Positions 10,196 to 21,185 of a stretch of 64,000 nt of DNA are shown piece after piece. Every line of letters begins with the position of its first letter. Within the stretch, counting starts at the first letter, position 1. The position numbers and the translations under genes are program-made. Source of the stretch: Paraspadella gotoi (Eukaryota; Animalia; Chaetognatha); assembly GCA_051294375.1 (NCBI GenBank), contig CM119270.1, forward strand, positions 21,810,370 to 21,874,369. The letters are read 5' to 3'. The notes beneath the pieces were generated by a model. The model saw nothing but the letters and a program-made list of their open reading frames with translations. It did not search any database and had not been told where the DNA came from.

Positions 10196-11935
10196 ATGTC
10201 GCTCGACGCTAACGACGTAAAAGCAAAACGGGAGGCGTCTCCCCGCGCCAACGGAAACTCCCGTCGACGGTCCCGATCGCCAATCTCGCGACGAGACCGT
10301 GAGGATCCTCAAGACCGACGCATATATGTCTCCAACATCCCTTACGAAGTCAAATGGATGAACTTGAAGGACATTTGCAAAGAGAAAGTCGGCGACGTGG
10401 CCTTCGTCGAACTGTACGATGATGACAAAGGCAAACCTAAAGGGTGCGGAATCGTCGAGTTTAAAAGCAAAGATGATGCTAAAAAAGCCATAGAGGTTCT
10501 CCATCAATACGAAATCTCTGGCCGCAAGATCATGGTCCGTGAAGAGAGAGAAACGGACCGGCGTCGTCTCGAGAGAGAGGCCGTTCCTCAGTCCAAAAGC
10601 GGCAAACGTAAAATGGACGATCGTGACACCCGCGACTTGACGCCGATGATGGCCCTGGGCGGCGGCGGCGGCGGTGGCGGCGGCGGGGGTTCTGGGTCCA
10701 ACGTCAACAGCCAATGGCAAAGTCTGATCTCGGCGGTGCCGCCCAAGATTTTGCAGAGTATCGGCGTTGATCCCACCGGTCCGCTCAGCTCGACTCTTTT
10801 CGTGTCCAATCTAGATTACAAGGTTAAGTGGAAGCATTTGTACGAAATATTCAGTCTCGCCGGAAAAGTTGTCACTGGGGAAATGAAACTCGACGATGAC
10901 GGCAAATCCCGTGGCATGGCCGTCGTGCAGATGGACAATCCATTGGAGGCGATACAAGCAATTTCCATGTTCGGCAGTCAGTTATTGTTTGAGAGAAAAA
11001 TCAACGTCAGGATGGACAGATACGATGGAAACGAACCGCCCAAAAAGAGCGAGGTCGAGCGCAGGGCTAAAGGTGGCATGCCAGAGGGACTCAAGAATGT
11101 CGGCATGGGTTTGGGCGCCAACGGAACAGTCGTTAATATCGGTCGTCTTCTGGAAGAACAACGACAACAACAGCAATCCATGATGACCTTGAATTCCGGC
11201 ATGGGAGGCATGTCAGGCATGGGAATGAACTCTTCCATGGGCATGAATCAGATGGGTCTTATGAACGGGTCCATGGGCGGAATGAACGCCATGGGTTCCA
11301 TGAGCGGCATGTCAAGCATGGGCGCCATGGGTTCCGGCGCGGGTTCCATGGCTAGTCTCGATCGGGGTTTGGCGGACATGAGAGGTTTGTCGGCCGATCG
11401 CATGGGCAGGGATCACATCGGCATGCCATCTCTCTCTTCCATGAGCGATTTCTCCAATAGCTATCGCACTTCTTCTACCATGTCCACTCTGGGTCTTTCC
11501 GGCGGGATGAGGGATTATCCAAACGGCCTCGGCGACATGCGAGGTTCCGCCATGCCCTCTGCCCTCGGTGCCCCCTCCTCAGGCCCTCTCGGAGCCGGCG
11601 GAATTCTCGACGCTTTCCCCAGGTCGGCCCTCGGCGGCTCGGGAGCCGATCGAGATCGCCCCGTCCCCATGATGTCCCGCGGGGGCGATAGGGATCCCGA
11701 ATGCAGCGTCTTCGTTCGTAATCTTCCCTTCTCGATGAACTGGCAGGATCTTAAAGACAAGTTCCGATGCGTGGGCGACGTGAGATACGCGGAAGTGAAA
11801 CAAAAGGACGGAAAGTCGATGGGTTGCGGTGTGGTTCGTTTCGGGAGCAAAGATGAAGCTCAAAAGGCGATTGAACTCTTTCACCGAACGCGGGTTGACG
11901 GCCGTGAAATCGAAGTGAGGTTTGATCGGGCTTGA
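10196..11935 (+). CDS. HNRNPM/MYEF2-like: hnRNP M / myelin expression factor 2 (MYEF2)-family RNA-binding protein, 579 aa, CDS without introns
   Basis: Three RRMs (RIYVSNIPYEVKW..KGCGIVEF; TLFVSNLDYKVKW..SRGMAVVQM..AIQAISMF; SVFVRNLPFSMNWQDLKDKF..GCGVVRF..GREIEVRFD), the family linker GMPEGLKNVGMGLG, and a Met/Gly-rich region between RRM2 and RRM3. The start is taken at MSLDAND because the 60 upstream codons are AT-rich and intron/UTR-like. Confidence 0.95.
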   Translation: MSLDANDVKAKREASPRANGNSRRRSRSPISRRDREDPQDRRIYVSNIPYEVKWMNLKDICKEKVGDVAFVELYDDDKGKPKGCGIVEFKSKDDAKKAIEVLHQYEISGRKIMVREERETDRRRLEREAVPQSKSGKRKMDDRDTRDLTPMMALGGGGGGGGGGGSGSNVNSQWQSLISAVPPKILQSIGVDPTGPLSSTLFVSNLDYKVKWKHLYEIFSLAGKVVTGEMKLDDDGKSRGMAVVQMDNPLEAIQAISMFGSQLLFERKINVRMDRYDGNEPPKKSEVERRAKGGMPEGLKNVGMGLGANGTVVNIGRLLEEQRQQQQSMMTLNSGMGGMSGMGMNSSMGMNQMGLMNGSMGGMNAMGSMSGMSSMGAMGSGAGSMASLDRGLADMRGLSADRMGRDHIGMPSLSSMSDFSNSYRTSSTMSTLGLSGGMRDYPNGLGDMRGSAMPSALGAPSSGPLGAGGILDAFPRSALGGSGADRDRPVPMMSRGGDRDPECSVFVRNLPFSMNWQDLKDKFRCVGDVRYAEVKQKDGKSMGCGVVRFGSKDEAQKAIELFHRTRVDGREIEVRFDRA

Positions 11936-14900
11936 AGAGACAATTCTAATCCAAAAGCTGAGAATGAGCTTCTTTTTACTCTCTCTCACTCTCTCTCCCC
12001 TTTTTTTTTCCCTTTGTAATTTAATCTTGTATTGTTCCCAATTTGGTTATCCAACGATTTTTTTTTTTTGGTCAATTTTAATTTTCCATTTTTTTTTTGT
12101 TTTCAAAATTTAAAGTTTTTTTTTTGGGCTCAAATTAAAACTTCTTTTTGTCAAATCGTTTTTTTCGGAAGGAATCTCTGCCGGTTTGACATCTTTTCCC
12201 TGAGGGGGGAGTCTTAGTTAATTTCCCAAATCGGCAAAGGATGTCTGAGATCATGTATGTAATTCCAATATTTTGTAAATTGTCACCAATTGTCAAAGGT
12301 TTTTTCCCCCTTGCCTCTCCTTACTTTTTAACGTTCTTTTTCAGAGAATCATTTTATTCCCGATTGTTAAGTTCCGTCTGTCATAAAATGTTTAAATTTG
12401 ACCAACATCCTATTCCCTATATATCGGCATGTTAGCGTCTCAAATCGATATTTATATTTAATTCAAATCGTAAAGTATAATAAGCTTCACATCGGCTCGC
12501 GCGTTTCAGAGTGAAATTTCGAAAAGTTTTTTTGCTTTAATGGATTTCTTAATCTTTAAATGATTATTTTTATCTTTCGTATCCAGCACTTTCTATTAAT
12601 GGGCCTGACTCGGTTCTATATCTGACACTTTTCGTAATACATCGTTTTAGAATTCCCTGTATAGCTTAACACTGTTGATATGTCCGGTTTGCTTCATACT
12701 AATTTTTAAATGGAACGAAAATCATAGCTCCGTCGAATTTTCCATGGCTTTATTGGGTTTAGCAATTTCACTCTTAAAAAAATGTTCAAAAATCTAAAAT
12801 GTCTTTTTTCTCGGGTTCGGTACTCAAGTTCTCTCGTCAAATTGTTTACCTCGCATTTATTGTCCCAATGTTTCCAAAATTAAAAAAAATTATCGAAATT
12901 GTTCCAAGTCGTCCTGAGCCGTGGGGACTGTTCACCATGCTGTTCACCCTGCTCCATGTCATTAGAAAACCTCATTTTCTGTCCAAATATAATAATTTGC
13001 GTCTGTAACTTTGCTTTTCCTGTTAGCCAAATTTTTCGCGTTATCTTTAGTGACCTCAAAATTTTCCAGTTCGAGTAATCTTGGTTATTTTTTTTTCCCA
13101 GCTTCGAAATGTGGTTTTGATAATTAGCCTTGCTTTTTTTTTATCTTGGTAAGTTTTGCTTTTGACGGTTGCGAATTCGTTAGATTTTCTCGTTATTTTT
13201 CGGAAAGTTTTTCATGACATGAAATACATTTAAACTGGTAATCGGCATAACTTGTACTGACACGTTAAAAAAGACGTCGTGGAAATTCGCTTTTTCTCTT
13301 TACAATGTTTAAATATATTTTATGTCGTTCAGCCGATCATGTTAAATAAAGAATTCGTCCTTTCGGAATTAATGAAAAGTAAGAAAGTATTCGAGGTTCT
13401 CCTGTTGCTAATTTCCAATTTCAATTTCTGCAAAATCTGAGTGCAATGGCGGATGGCGGGCAAGTTGGACAACATGGCGGCGTCAATTGAACATGCTTAC
13501 GACAATGGAAGTATATGGGGGATCTGGCACAACAGGTTTGTATTAATGATATAATTTTAAGTTTTTGGAATTCGGGACTTCAACGAAGCGTGAAGATGCC
13601 CAGAAACTTATTATTATGTAATTATAAAGTAGTGTTTAAAAATTGTTAAGTCAACGAAATTTATAAGATTGTTGTTTTTCCTGTTGCTCAAATAATTATT
13701 AATACACGTTAGATTTTTGATTGTGATTTCGCCGAATTGAATATGAATTTCTTAATATCAAATCAGTTACTCACCAAAATTTTACTTGGGATAGATAGCT
13801 AATAGGTCCATAAGTTATGGCATAACTAATTAAGTTATTTTAATTTTGATCGAAATACTAAAAAAAATGTTGGAACTGAAGTTACGTTGTGCTATGTGAA
13901 ATCCGATACTTCTGTAACTGGTAAACAATATTAAGGCTATTAAATTAATCTGTTATCCTCAGCCTTCTTAACTATGTTTCCGAATAAATAAAATTTGAAA
14001 GAAGCCCCAAGCTAAGGCATCTTTATTTTTACGAGTTGAACATTTCTAGCACATTTTTATACAGAAGATCTTTTGTTTCGCCTGACCCGACATCTCTTAT
14101 CTTAATCTTAAAAATGTGAATAAACAAAGTTCTACATCTGACATTTAATTTAAATCTGTTTAAATTTTAAACTGATCGATCTAGCCGAAAATTATATGGA
14201 TGTATTAATAAAATATTTTAAATATATCAAATCCTAATTATTGCTTGTTTTTTTTATTCAAGAATCAAGCAGACAGTTTTCGTGATTTTCATTTACAACA
14301 ATTACTAAAAAATACGTTAAATTAAGGTTCACGTAACAAAGAAACAAAAGGGATAACACTGACGAGAATAATTCGCTGTTTTACAAATTTGATTCAAAAC
14401 ATTGACGTAACTCGATATTACGAACAAAGTAATAGTAGAAATAACTGAAAGCATCAATTTATGATCATATATGAGGTTCGTTTTGATCGTTCAAAGATCG
14501 ATCCGTATTGTGTACCGAAGTAAACCTCAACAAACCAGGACCATTGTTAGTACAAAACTTAATTGATGGAGAAAGAAATTAACAAAGTTCGGCGATAAAA
14601 GTTAACAAATGCGATTCGCGGTCGAGGCCTTGAAAAATTAGCCAACTCTCGATGAAATTAAAATTGCATTTAGACTTTCAAGCAACTGGAGTATTTAGTT
14701 CGAAGAATTTTTGGTTTGGCACAAATCTTGATGCTGTAGAAGACAATTTATCGAGTTTGAAATCCAATTAAAATAAAATATTATGTAAAAATCCTCTGAC
14801 AAAATCTATCTGCGCTTAACACTGATTCAGCAGAAAGGAATTCTGTTCATTAATATAATTTAAAAAAACAATCTATCCTAAAAAATCGATTTCATGTTCT

Positions 14901-14954
14901 CAAAAAATTAATTTCTTATATTTTAAATATTGTTTAATAAATTCTTGGTCTTCT

Positions 14955-15620
14955 TCAAACGTCCGTATCGCAATCCTTGGCCGACGCCCCCAACAACCAT
15001 TCCTGCGTGTAGGCCATTCTGTCTTGATCCATCTCCTCGTCCTCGATCGACGCCGTCAACAAGGCCGTCCCCTCCGGCCCCGTCGCCATCCTCGATCCGG
15101 GCCTCGCCGCCGTCCATTCTCTCTCCGACGCTCCGTCCTCTTCCTCCGCTTCCATCGCTAGCGGCGTCGTTAAAACCGGCGTCATCAGCGGCGTCGTCGC
15201 GGGAATCAGCGCCGCCGTGGAAAGTGGCGTGGGTACGGCGTCGTAATCCGCGACCCCGTGGACGCATGTCGTCGGAAATTCGTCCCAGTCGCCGGAGAGA
15301 TCAGCGTATCCTCCGACGCAGAGTTGCTTCCATCCGGAAGGCAGCGATCCGGCAGCGTCGACATCTGCGTCGGCAATATCTCGTCTGCCGACTTCTTCGT
15401 CGCTCGGAGTCCTCGCTCCGCCGACGCAGATGCGTCTCGCCCAACCGGAAGTGGCGGCCGGTGGACGGCGTACTCGACGAGCGGGTGGCGTCGCCGCTGG
15501 AGGCTGTGGCGGCGTGGAGGCGTCGTGGATCGAAAAGGATGACGGAGATTGGCGGGCGGCGGCGGCGGCGGCGGCGGTCTCGTAGCACGACGATGGGTGC
15601 CCCTCTGGGGGCTTCCCCTC
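14955..15620 (-). CDS. Probable terminal coding exon of an unidentified minus-strand gene (221 aa, Ala/Pro/Thr/acidic, disordered)
   Basis: GC-rich island starting exactly at acceptor TTCCTTAG|GAG. One frame is open for all 666 nt (EGKPPEGHPSSCYETAAAAAAARQS…QEWLLGASAKDCDTDV*), while the other two minus frames have stops. An internal repeat SGW..CVGG shows synonymous differences. Confidence 0.6.
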   Translation of the reverse strand, partial: EGKPPEGHPSSCYETAAAAAAARQSPSSFSIHDASTPPQPPAATPPARRVRRPPAATSGWARRICVGGARTPSDEEVGRRDIADADVDAAGSLPSGWKQLCVGGYADLSGDWDEFPTTCVHGVADYDAVPTPLSTAALIPATTPLMTPVLTTPLAMEAEEEDGASEREWTAARPGSRMATGPEGTALLTASIEDEEMDQDRMAYTQEWLLGASAKDCDTDV

Positions 15621-15837
15621 CTAAGGAATTAAAATGGAATAAGAATATAATGAAAAATGATAATGGTTTTAATTTGGTACTAAATAATAGGGTATAAAGA
15701 TAAAGTTAAAGCAAAGTTAATGAAGTTAATTTATGGTTAAATTAAAATTTAATTAATTATTAAGTTATGGTAATTAATAGGTTAAGTTAAAGTTAATTAA
15801 TTTAATTTCAGTAGATTTAGCTTCAGTAGATTCGTAA

Positions 15838-16008
15838 GCCTGTCACAACTCACCCTTCACCTGTCATAACTCCCCTGTCACGTGCCATAACTCCCCTGTC
15901 ACCTATCACAACTCCCCTGTTACCTGTCACAACTCTTCTGTCACCTGTCACAACTCACCTGTCACAACTCCCCTGTCACCTGTCACATCTTCCCTGTCAC
16001 CTGTCATA
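15838..16008. repeat. ~21-bp tandem repeat (CACCTGTCACAACTCCCCTGT)
   Basis: About 8 degenerate units are visible. Confidence 0.85.
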
Positions 16009-16072
16009 AGCCCATCGTTCCGATTCCGATGTAATAATATCCGTCGATAGAAGTGACCGAATTTTTTCTCAC

Positions 16073-16117
16073 TTCTACTTCGTCTCCGTCGACGGCGGAA
16101 TCTATGACAGTCTCCGC
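16073..16117 (-). CDS. Candidate 45-nt upstream exon (AETVIDSAVDGDEVE) of the minus-strand gene
   Basis: Acceptor CTTTCTCTCACAG| and donor |GTGAGA. Phase 0 matches the exon at 14955-15620. Confidence 0.35.
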
Positions 16118-16557
16118 CTGTGAGAGAAAGATGTGATAGGATTCATGTCATAAAATATGCAAAAGAGGAGAAATTAACGATTTTACAAAGGATATATCTT
16201 GAAAGACATTATTTAGAGAAAGCAAGTATGGTTATCGATTAATCAATTGTTTATGCTAAATTGCTAATCATATGAAATATAATATTAAAATAATTACAGT
16301 AAAACCTGTTTATTGCGTTTAACCTTGTGTCGGAGTCCAAAATCGTCGTCGTCTTTTTCCTCGAGATGATTTTGTTTTCGCCGTCGCACTCTGTACCAAG
16401 AATTTGTTTACATTTTAAACGTTTAGCGTTTTCTATTATTAACAATATAATACAATTAATCCCATCCAGTAACGGATTTAACGTTTATAATTACTTTCTT
16501 TTGGTCAAAACTGGTAAACGTAAATCGCCGAAAGTTGGGAGCGAAAATTCCAACTGA

Positions 16558-16624
<67 letters not shown>

Positions 16625-16661
16625 GACCCGGCCTTCGCCCCCCAATGACCTTCCCTTCATT

Positions 16662-16701
<40 letters not shown>

Positions 16702-16839
16702 AGAGAGATGAGAGAGTGATGTGACTCCCTCTCCCTCTCGCTTTTCATCCTCGGACATAAAACGCGGTCGTCGAATCTCATTTTTCAAGAGAAAAAAAAT
16801 CAGTTCGATTCATCGGCTTTTTATCTCCTTTTCTCCGCG

Positions 16840-17075
16840 AAATCACTTCTCACAATCACTTCGCTAATCACTTCTCACAATCACTTCTCACATTCAGTTC
16901 TCACATTCAGTTCTCACAATCAAATCACTTCTCACAATCACTTCTCTTAATCACTTCTTACAATCACTTCTCACATTCAGTTCTCACAATCACTTCACTT
17001 AACCACTTCTGACAATCACTTCTCTTAATCACTTATCACTACACTTTTCCTAATCACTTCTTATAATTACTTCTT
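16840..17075. repeat. ~13-bp tandem repeat (AATCACTTCTCAC)
   Basis: Visible periodicity that degenerates to the right. Confidence 0.85.
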
Positions 17076-18020
17076 AATATCATTTTTTTTTTAAATACAG
17101 AACCTATTCACTTTTTACAACAACTTACTCATAAACTCATTTTCCGCAATCACTTTTAACTTATAACTTTTATTACTGTAATCACTAATTACGATCAATA
17201 GTTTTTCAACATCTTTAATCAGTTTTAACAAGAGTCAAACTCAAAGCCGTCAAAATGTCCCATGTTCTTTTATTTTTTTTTAAACTGGCGGAGAAAGCGT
17301 CAACTAGAACGAGAACCAAAAAATAAAACAAAAGACAACGGGAACCTTAAGTTAATAGAAAAATTTACGCCAGAAAATTAAATAAAAATCATATTATCAT
17401 TTAATCATTTAATCATTTGCCTTTGGTTAAGTTGATTCTCCTGCGATGTTTTATAATAATAAAAAAAAATATGGAAGGAAAACATTTTACGGTTTGAAAA
17501 TTTATCTCGTTTGATTCTTTGTTCAATATTATTTGAACAAACAAACGTAACGACGATTCTATTCTTCTTGATTGACGTTTCTATTATGGGTTTTCAATCT
17601 TTTTTTCCTCATTTTACAACACATTAGCTGATGCGCTTAAACCCCCTGCCCCCGCCCTCATTTCACCATCTAAAGCTGTCGTTGAGAGGCAAATTACATA
17701 CCAATTTCATATATATTACTAACTACCGATTACTTATAGAAATATTGCGACAAATGTCAAAAAAAAAAATGTTAATTCGCGTAATAAAGTGGCAAGATTA
17801 TTCTTTTATTTAGGTTTTTGTTAATTGTTTCCGCATCTTACATACTAAATTGCTTAAATATTCCCTCGATCTTTCTATCTCTGTTACTCTATCGACACGG
17901 CTGCTAGAGCCAAAAATAGTTAATGCTCGTTCTTCAAATAAATAATACGTATAAGATGAATAAATAATACAACTAATTAACGAAAATATCACCCAATTCA
18001 AAAAAACATCTATCATATCA

Positions 18021-18796
18021 CGTAAACGAGGGTGAGCATGATGATGATGATGATGATGAATGATGAGATGATGATATGATGATGATGATGATGATGATGA
18101 TGACGACACTACCACGCCCTCCTCTCCGCCCTCTTAACCAAATTAAAATCCTGTGAAGTTTTTCTTATTCAAATTTTTTTTTCAAACAAAAAAAGGATCG
18201 AATTTGTGATGAACTTGAATTTTTTTTTCTCTTTGAAATTTAATGAACAAGTTTGACCCAAAATTCTAAATCTCGAAATCATTATGGCCTGTCCAAGGTC
18301 AGGGGCAAGATAGCCATGTATTAAATGAAATATATAATTTTTATATTGATTGTGCCAAATTTACAAATCCGTAAAAAACGATAAAGAAAAACTTTCAAAA
18401 AAAGCAGATCTTTTTCTGTTACCTATATTTGCTCCTTTCTAATGAAATTAATATCAAATAGGACAGCCGGACAGACGGACAAAGACAACAGACGTCTTCG
18501 CGATTCGTGATCGTGAATGAATAAATGATGACATCTAATGGTGACATAACAATGATAAACAATAAGAGAAAAACCTTTCAATATAAGGGCGACGGGAAAA
18601 GGGACCATGATAACAGCGATGAAACGATTGACGACGACACACGACGACGATTACGACGACAGACATGACGAAACGACGACGATGATGGCGACGACGACGC
18701 CAATGAATCTTTCTACAAAACGAAAAAGACAAATGATTACGAGATTTAGTTTGACGCAACGAGCCAGCGTCGTGTCGTCGTCGTCGTCGTCGTCGT

Positions 18797-18844
<48 letters not shown>

Positions 18845-19930
18845 TCATATATCCGCGGCGTGGACGGTCGGAATGTCCACCTGCCGTCAAAACGACAAAA
18901 ACGACGACGAGGACGACGACGACGACGACCGATGTTCCGGAAGATAAAAATGGAGCAGATCCAAGTGACGGCAATGGCTCGAGGGATAGTTCCTGTTTTT
19001 ATTTTAAAATTATTTAAACCGTAAAAATGCTTCTCAATATTCTTTATCCTAACATTTTTTTATTGATTCAAAATGCGACTTAATGCTGTCGCATATATAT
19101 TAAGGCGGAACAGGTTACAAACTCACAGAAGTCCGGTAATAAATATTGTTAATGTGTTTATTTATGTTGAAATAAAAAAAATTAAGATTTTATTTATAGT
19201 TAAATGCATAGAAACTATTTATTATAAATTATATAATAAAACAATTTTATTAATAAATTTTATTTTTTTAACGGATTCTGTTAGAGCTTGAAAAGTTAAA
19301 TGAAGGTTATTAAAATTTGTAGTACTAACCTTCATCTTACTTTTTAATCACACACCATCAAAAGACCACCCATTCTACATCATGCGCCACCATTCCTTAT
19401 GAAAAGGCTCCACGATCACCCATCAGAGAGCGCCCTCTCTCGATGACGAACTTATGCAAATGAGTTTGATGAGAGAAAGGGACGCAGTGGGTGAAGGCGA
19501 CTACGACGAACGACGATGACGACGACGACGACGAAAAGTGGGCGTGTCTCACTCTCGATGGGTTCGGTGATTGACAGGATTCCCCCAAAGGGAGCAGGTG
19601 ATTAGCGAGGTGTGAGCAGAACGCGGGCTGTGAATTGTGAAAAGTGATATAGCGGCGGTTGAATGACCTTGAATGACCTTGTGAGGGTCGGTGAGTATGA
19701 TTGGTGAAAGATGGATAAGACCGGAAGGCTGATTGGCTTGCTTGGGCGACAAGCAAAAATAAAATGCTTGGTGAAGGTGATTGGTGATCATGAAAAAACC
19801 TGGAGTTTTAGTCGAAGAAAAGAAAATGGGAATGACAAAAATGACGATGACAAAATGATGTTGAATAATGACAATGACATTGATGACAGAGTTGATAAAA
19901 TGACAGGGGGATATCGAAAGAAGAGGGTAG
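18021..19930. repeat. Left arm of ~1.9-kb inverted duplication (partner 22046-23919)
   Basis: Reverse-complement match throughout, differing mainly by small indels. Confidence 0.92.
19450..19790. promoter_or_regulatory. Promoter-like motif cluster (octamer, GC box, PBX-PREP/MEIS decamer, tandem TGACCTTG, ETS, three CCAAT boxes)
   Basis: ATGCAAAT 19454; GTGGGCGTG ~19538; TGATTGACAG 19568; TGACCTTG 19664 and 19674; ATTGG 19700, 19732, 19780; CCGGAAG 19721. Confidence 0.45.
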
Positions 19931-19939
19931 GATGTACAG

Positions 19940-21185
19940 GCTCACACGGGATTCTCCAACTGGATTCCTCCCACACGGATCTTCCCACGCGGGATTCCTA
20001 CCACGGGAATTCCTCCCAATCGGGATTCTCCACACGGATACCCCCTCCTCCCGCGGATTCCTCCACACGGAATCCTCCCGCAAGGAATTCCTCCACACGG
20101 GATTCCTCCATGAAATTCCTCCCCCATAGAATTCCTCCCACACGGGATTCCCTCCCAAAGAATTCCTCCCCAAAAGAAATTCCTCCCACGCGGGATTCCT
20201 CCACACGGGATTCTCCCATGCAGGATTCCCTGCCACAACGGGATTCCTTCCACAACGGGAATTTCTCCCTAGCGTGATTCCTCCCACGCAGTGATTCCTC
20301 CACACGGGATTGTCTTCACACGGGATTCCTCACGCGGGATTCCTCCACACGAGATTCTCCAACACAGGATTCCTCCCAACAGGGGATTCCTCCCACGCGG
20401 ATTCCTCCCACACGGGATTACTCCACACTGATTTCCTCCACACGGGATTCTCCCCACAGGAATTCCTCACATGGATTCTCCACGGGAATTCCTCCCACGA
20501 CTGATTTCCTCCCACAACGGGATTACTCCACAACGCGATTCCCTCCCAAACGGGCTTCCTCCCTAAATTGTGATTAATTTTCTAGGTTGCATGTTCTTGT
20601 TGAAAGGAAAAAAATTTGGGAGAATCCGCTGGGAGGAATCCGCGTTGGGAGGAATTCCGTGTGGGAGGAAATCCCGGTGGGAAGGAATCCGCATGGGAGA
20701 ATCCGTGTGGGAGGAATCCCGCGTGGAGGAATCCATGGGGAGATTCCCTTGTGGAGGAATCCCCTGTGGAAGGAATCCGCGCGTGGGAGGAATCCCGTGT
20801 GGGAGGAATCCTGTGGGGAGAATACGCGTGGAGGAATCCCGCGTGAGAAATCCCGTGTGGGAGGAATCCGCGTGGGAGGAACCCGTGTGGGAAGGAATCC
20901 CGTGTGGGAAGAATCCCGCGTGGGAGGAACCCCGTGTGGGAGAATCCGTGTGGGAAGAATCCGCGTGGGAGACTTCTGTGGGGAGGAACCCCGTGTGGGA
21001 GGAATCCCGCGTGGAGGAATTCCTTTGGGAGGAATCCTGTGGGGAGGAATTCCTTTTGGGAGGAATCCCGTGTGGGAGCAATTCCATTGGGAGGATCCCT
21101 TGGGATCCGTGTGGGGGAAACCGTGTGGAGAATCCGCGTGGGAGGAATCCCGCGTGGGAGGAATCCTGTTGGAGGAATCCCAATG
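19940..21185. repeat. Two oppositely oriented arrays of a 16-17-bp minisatellite (GGATTCCTCCCACACG) around a short AT-rich spacer; foldback-like
   Basis: Forward units at 19940-20562, spacer at ~20563-20597, reverse units at 20598-21185. Confidence 0.85.

Noticed and set aside
15301-15588. Protamine-like alternative frame (YCRRRCRRCR)
   Set aside because: It is a shifted reading of GAC/GCC-rich codons of the longer open frame, and synonymous-site evidence favours the other frame.
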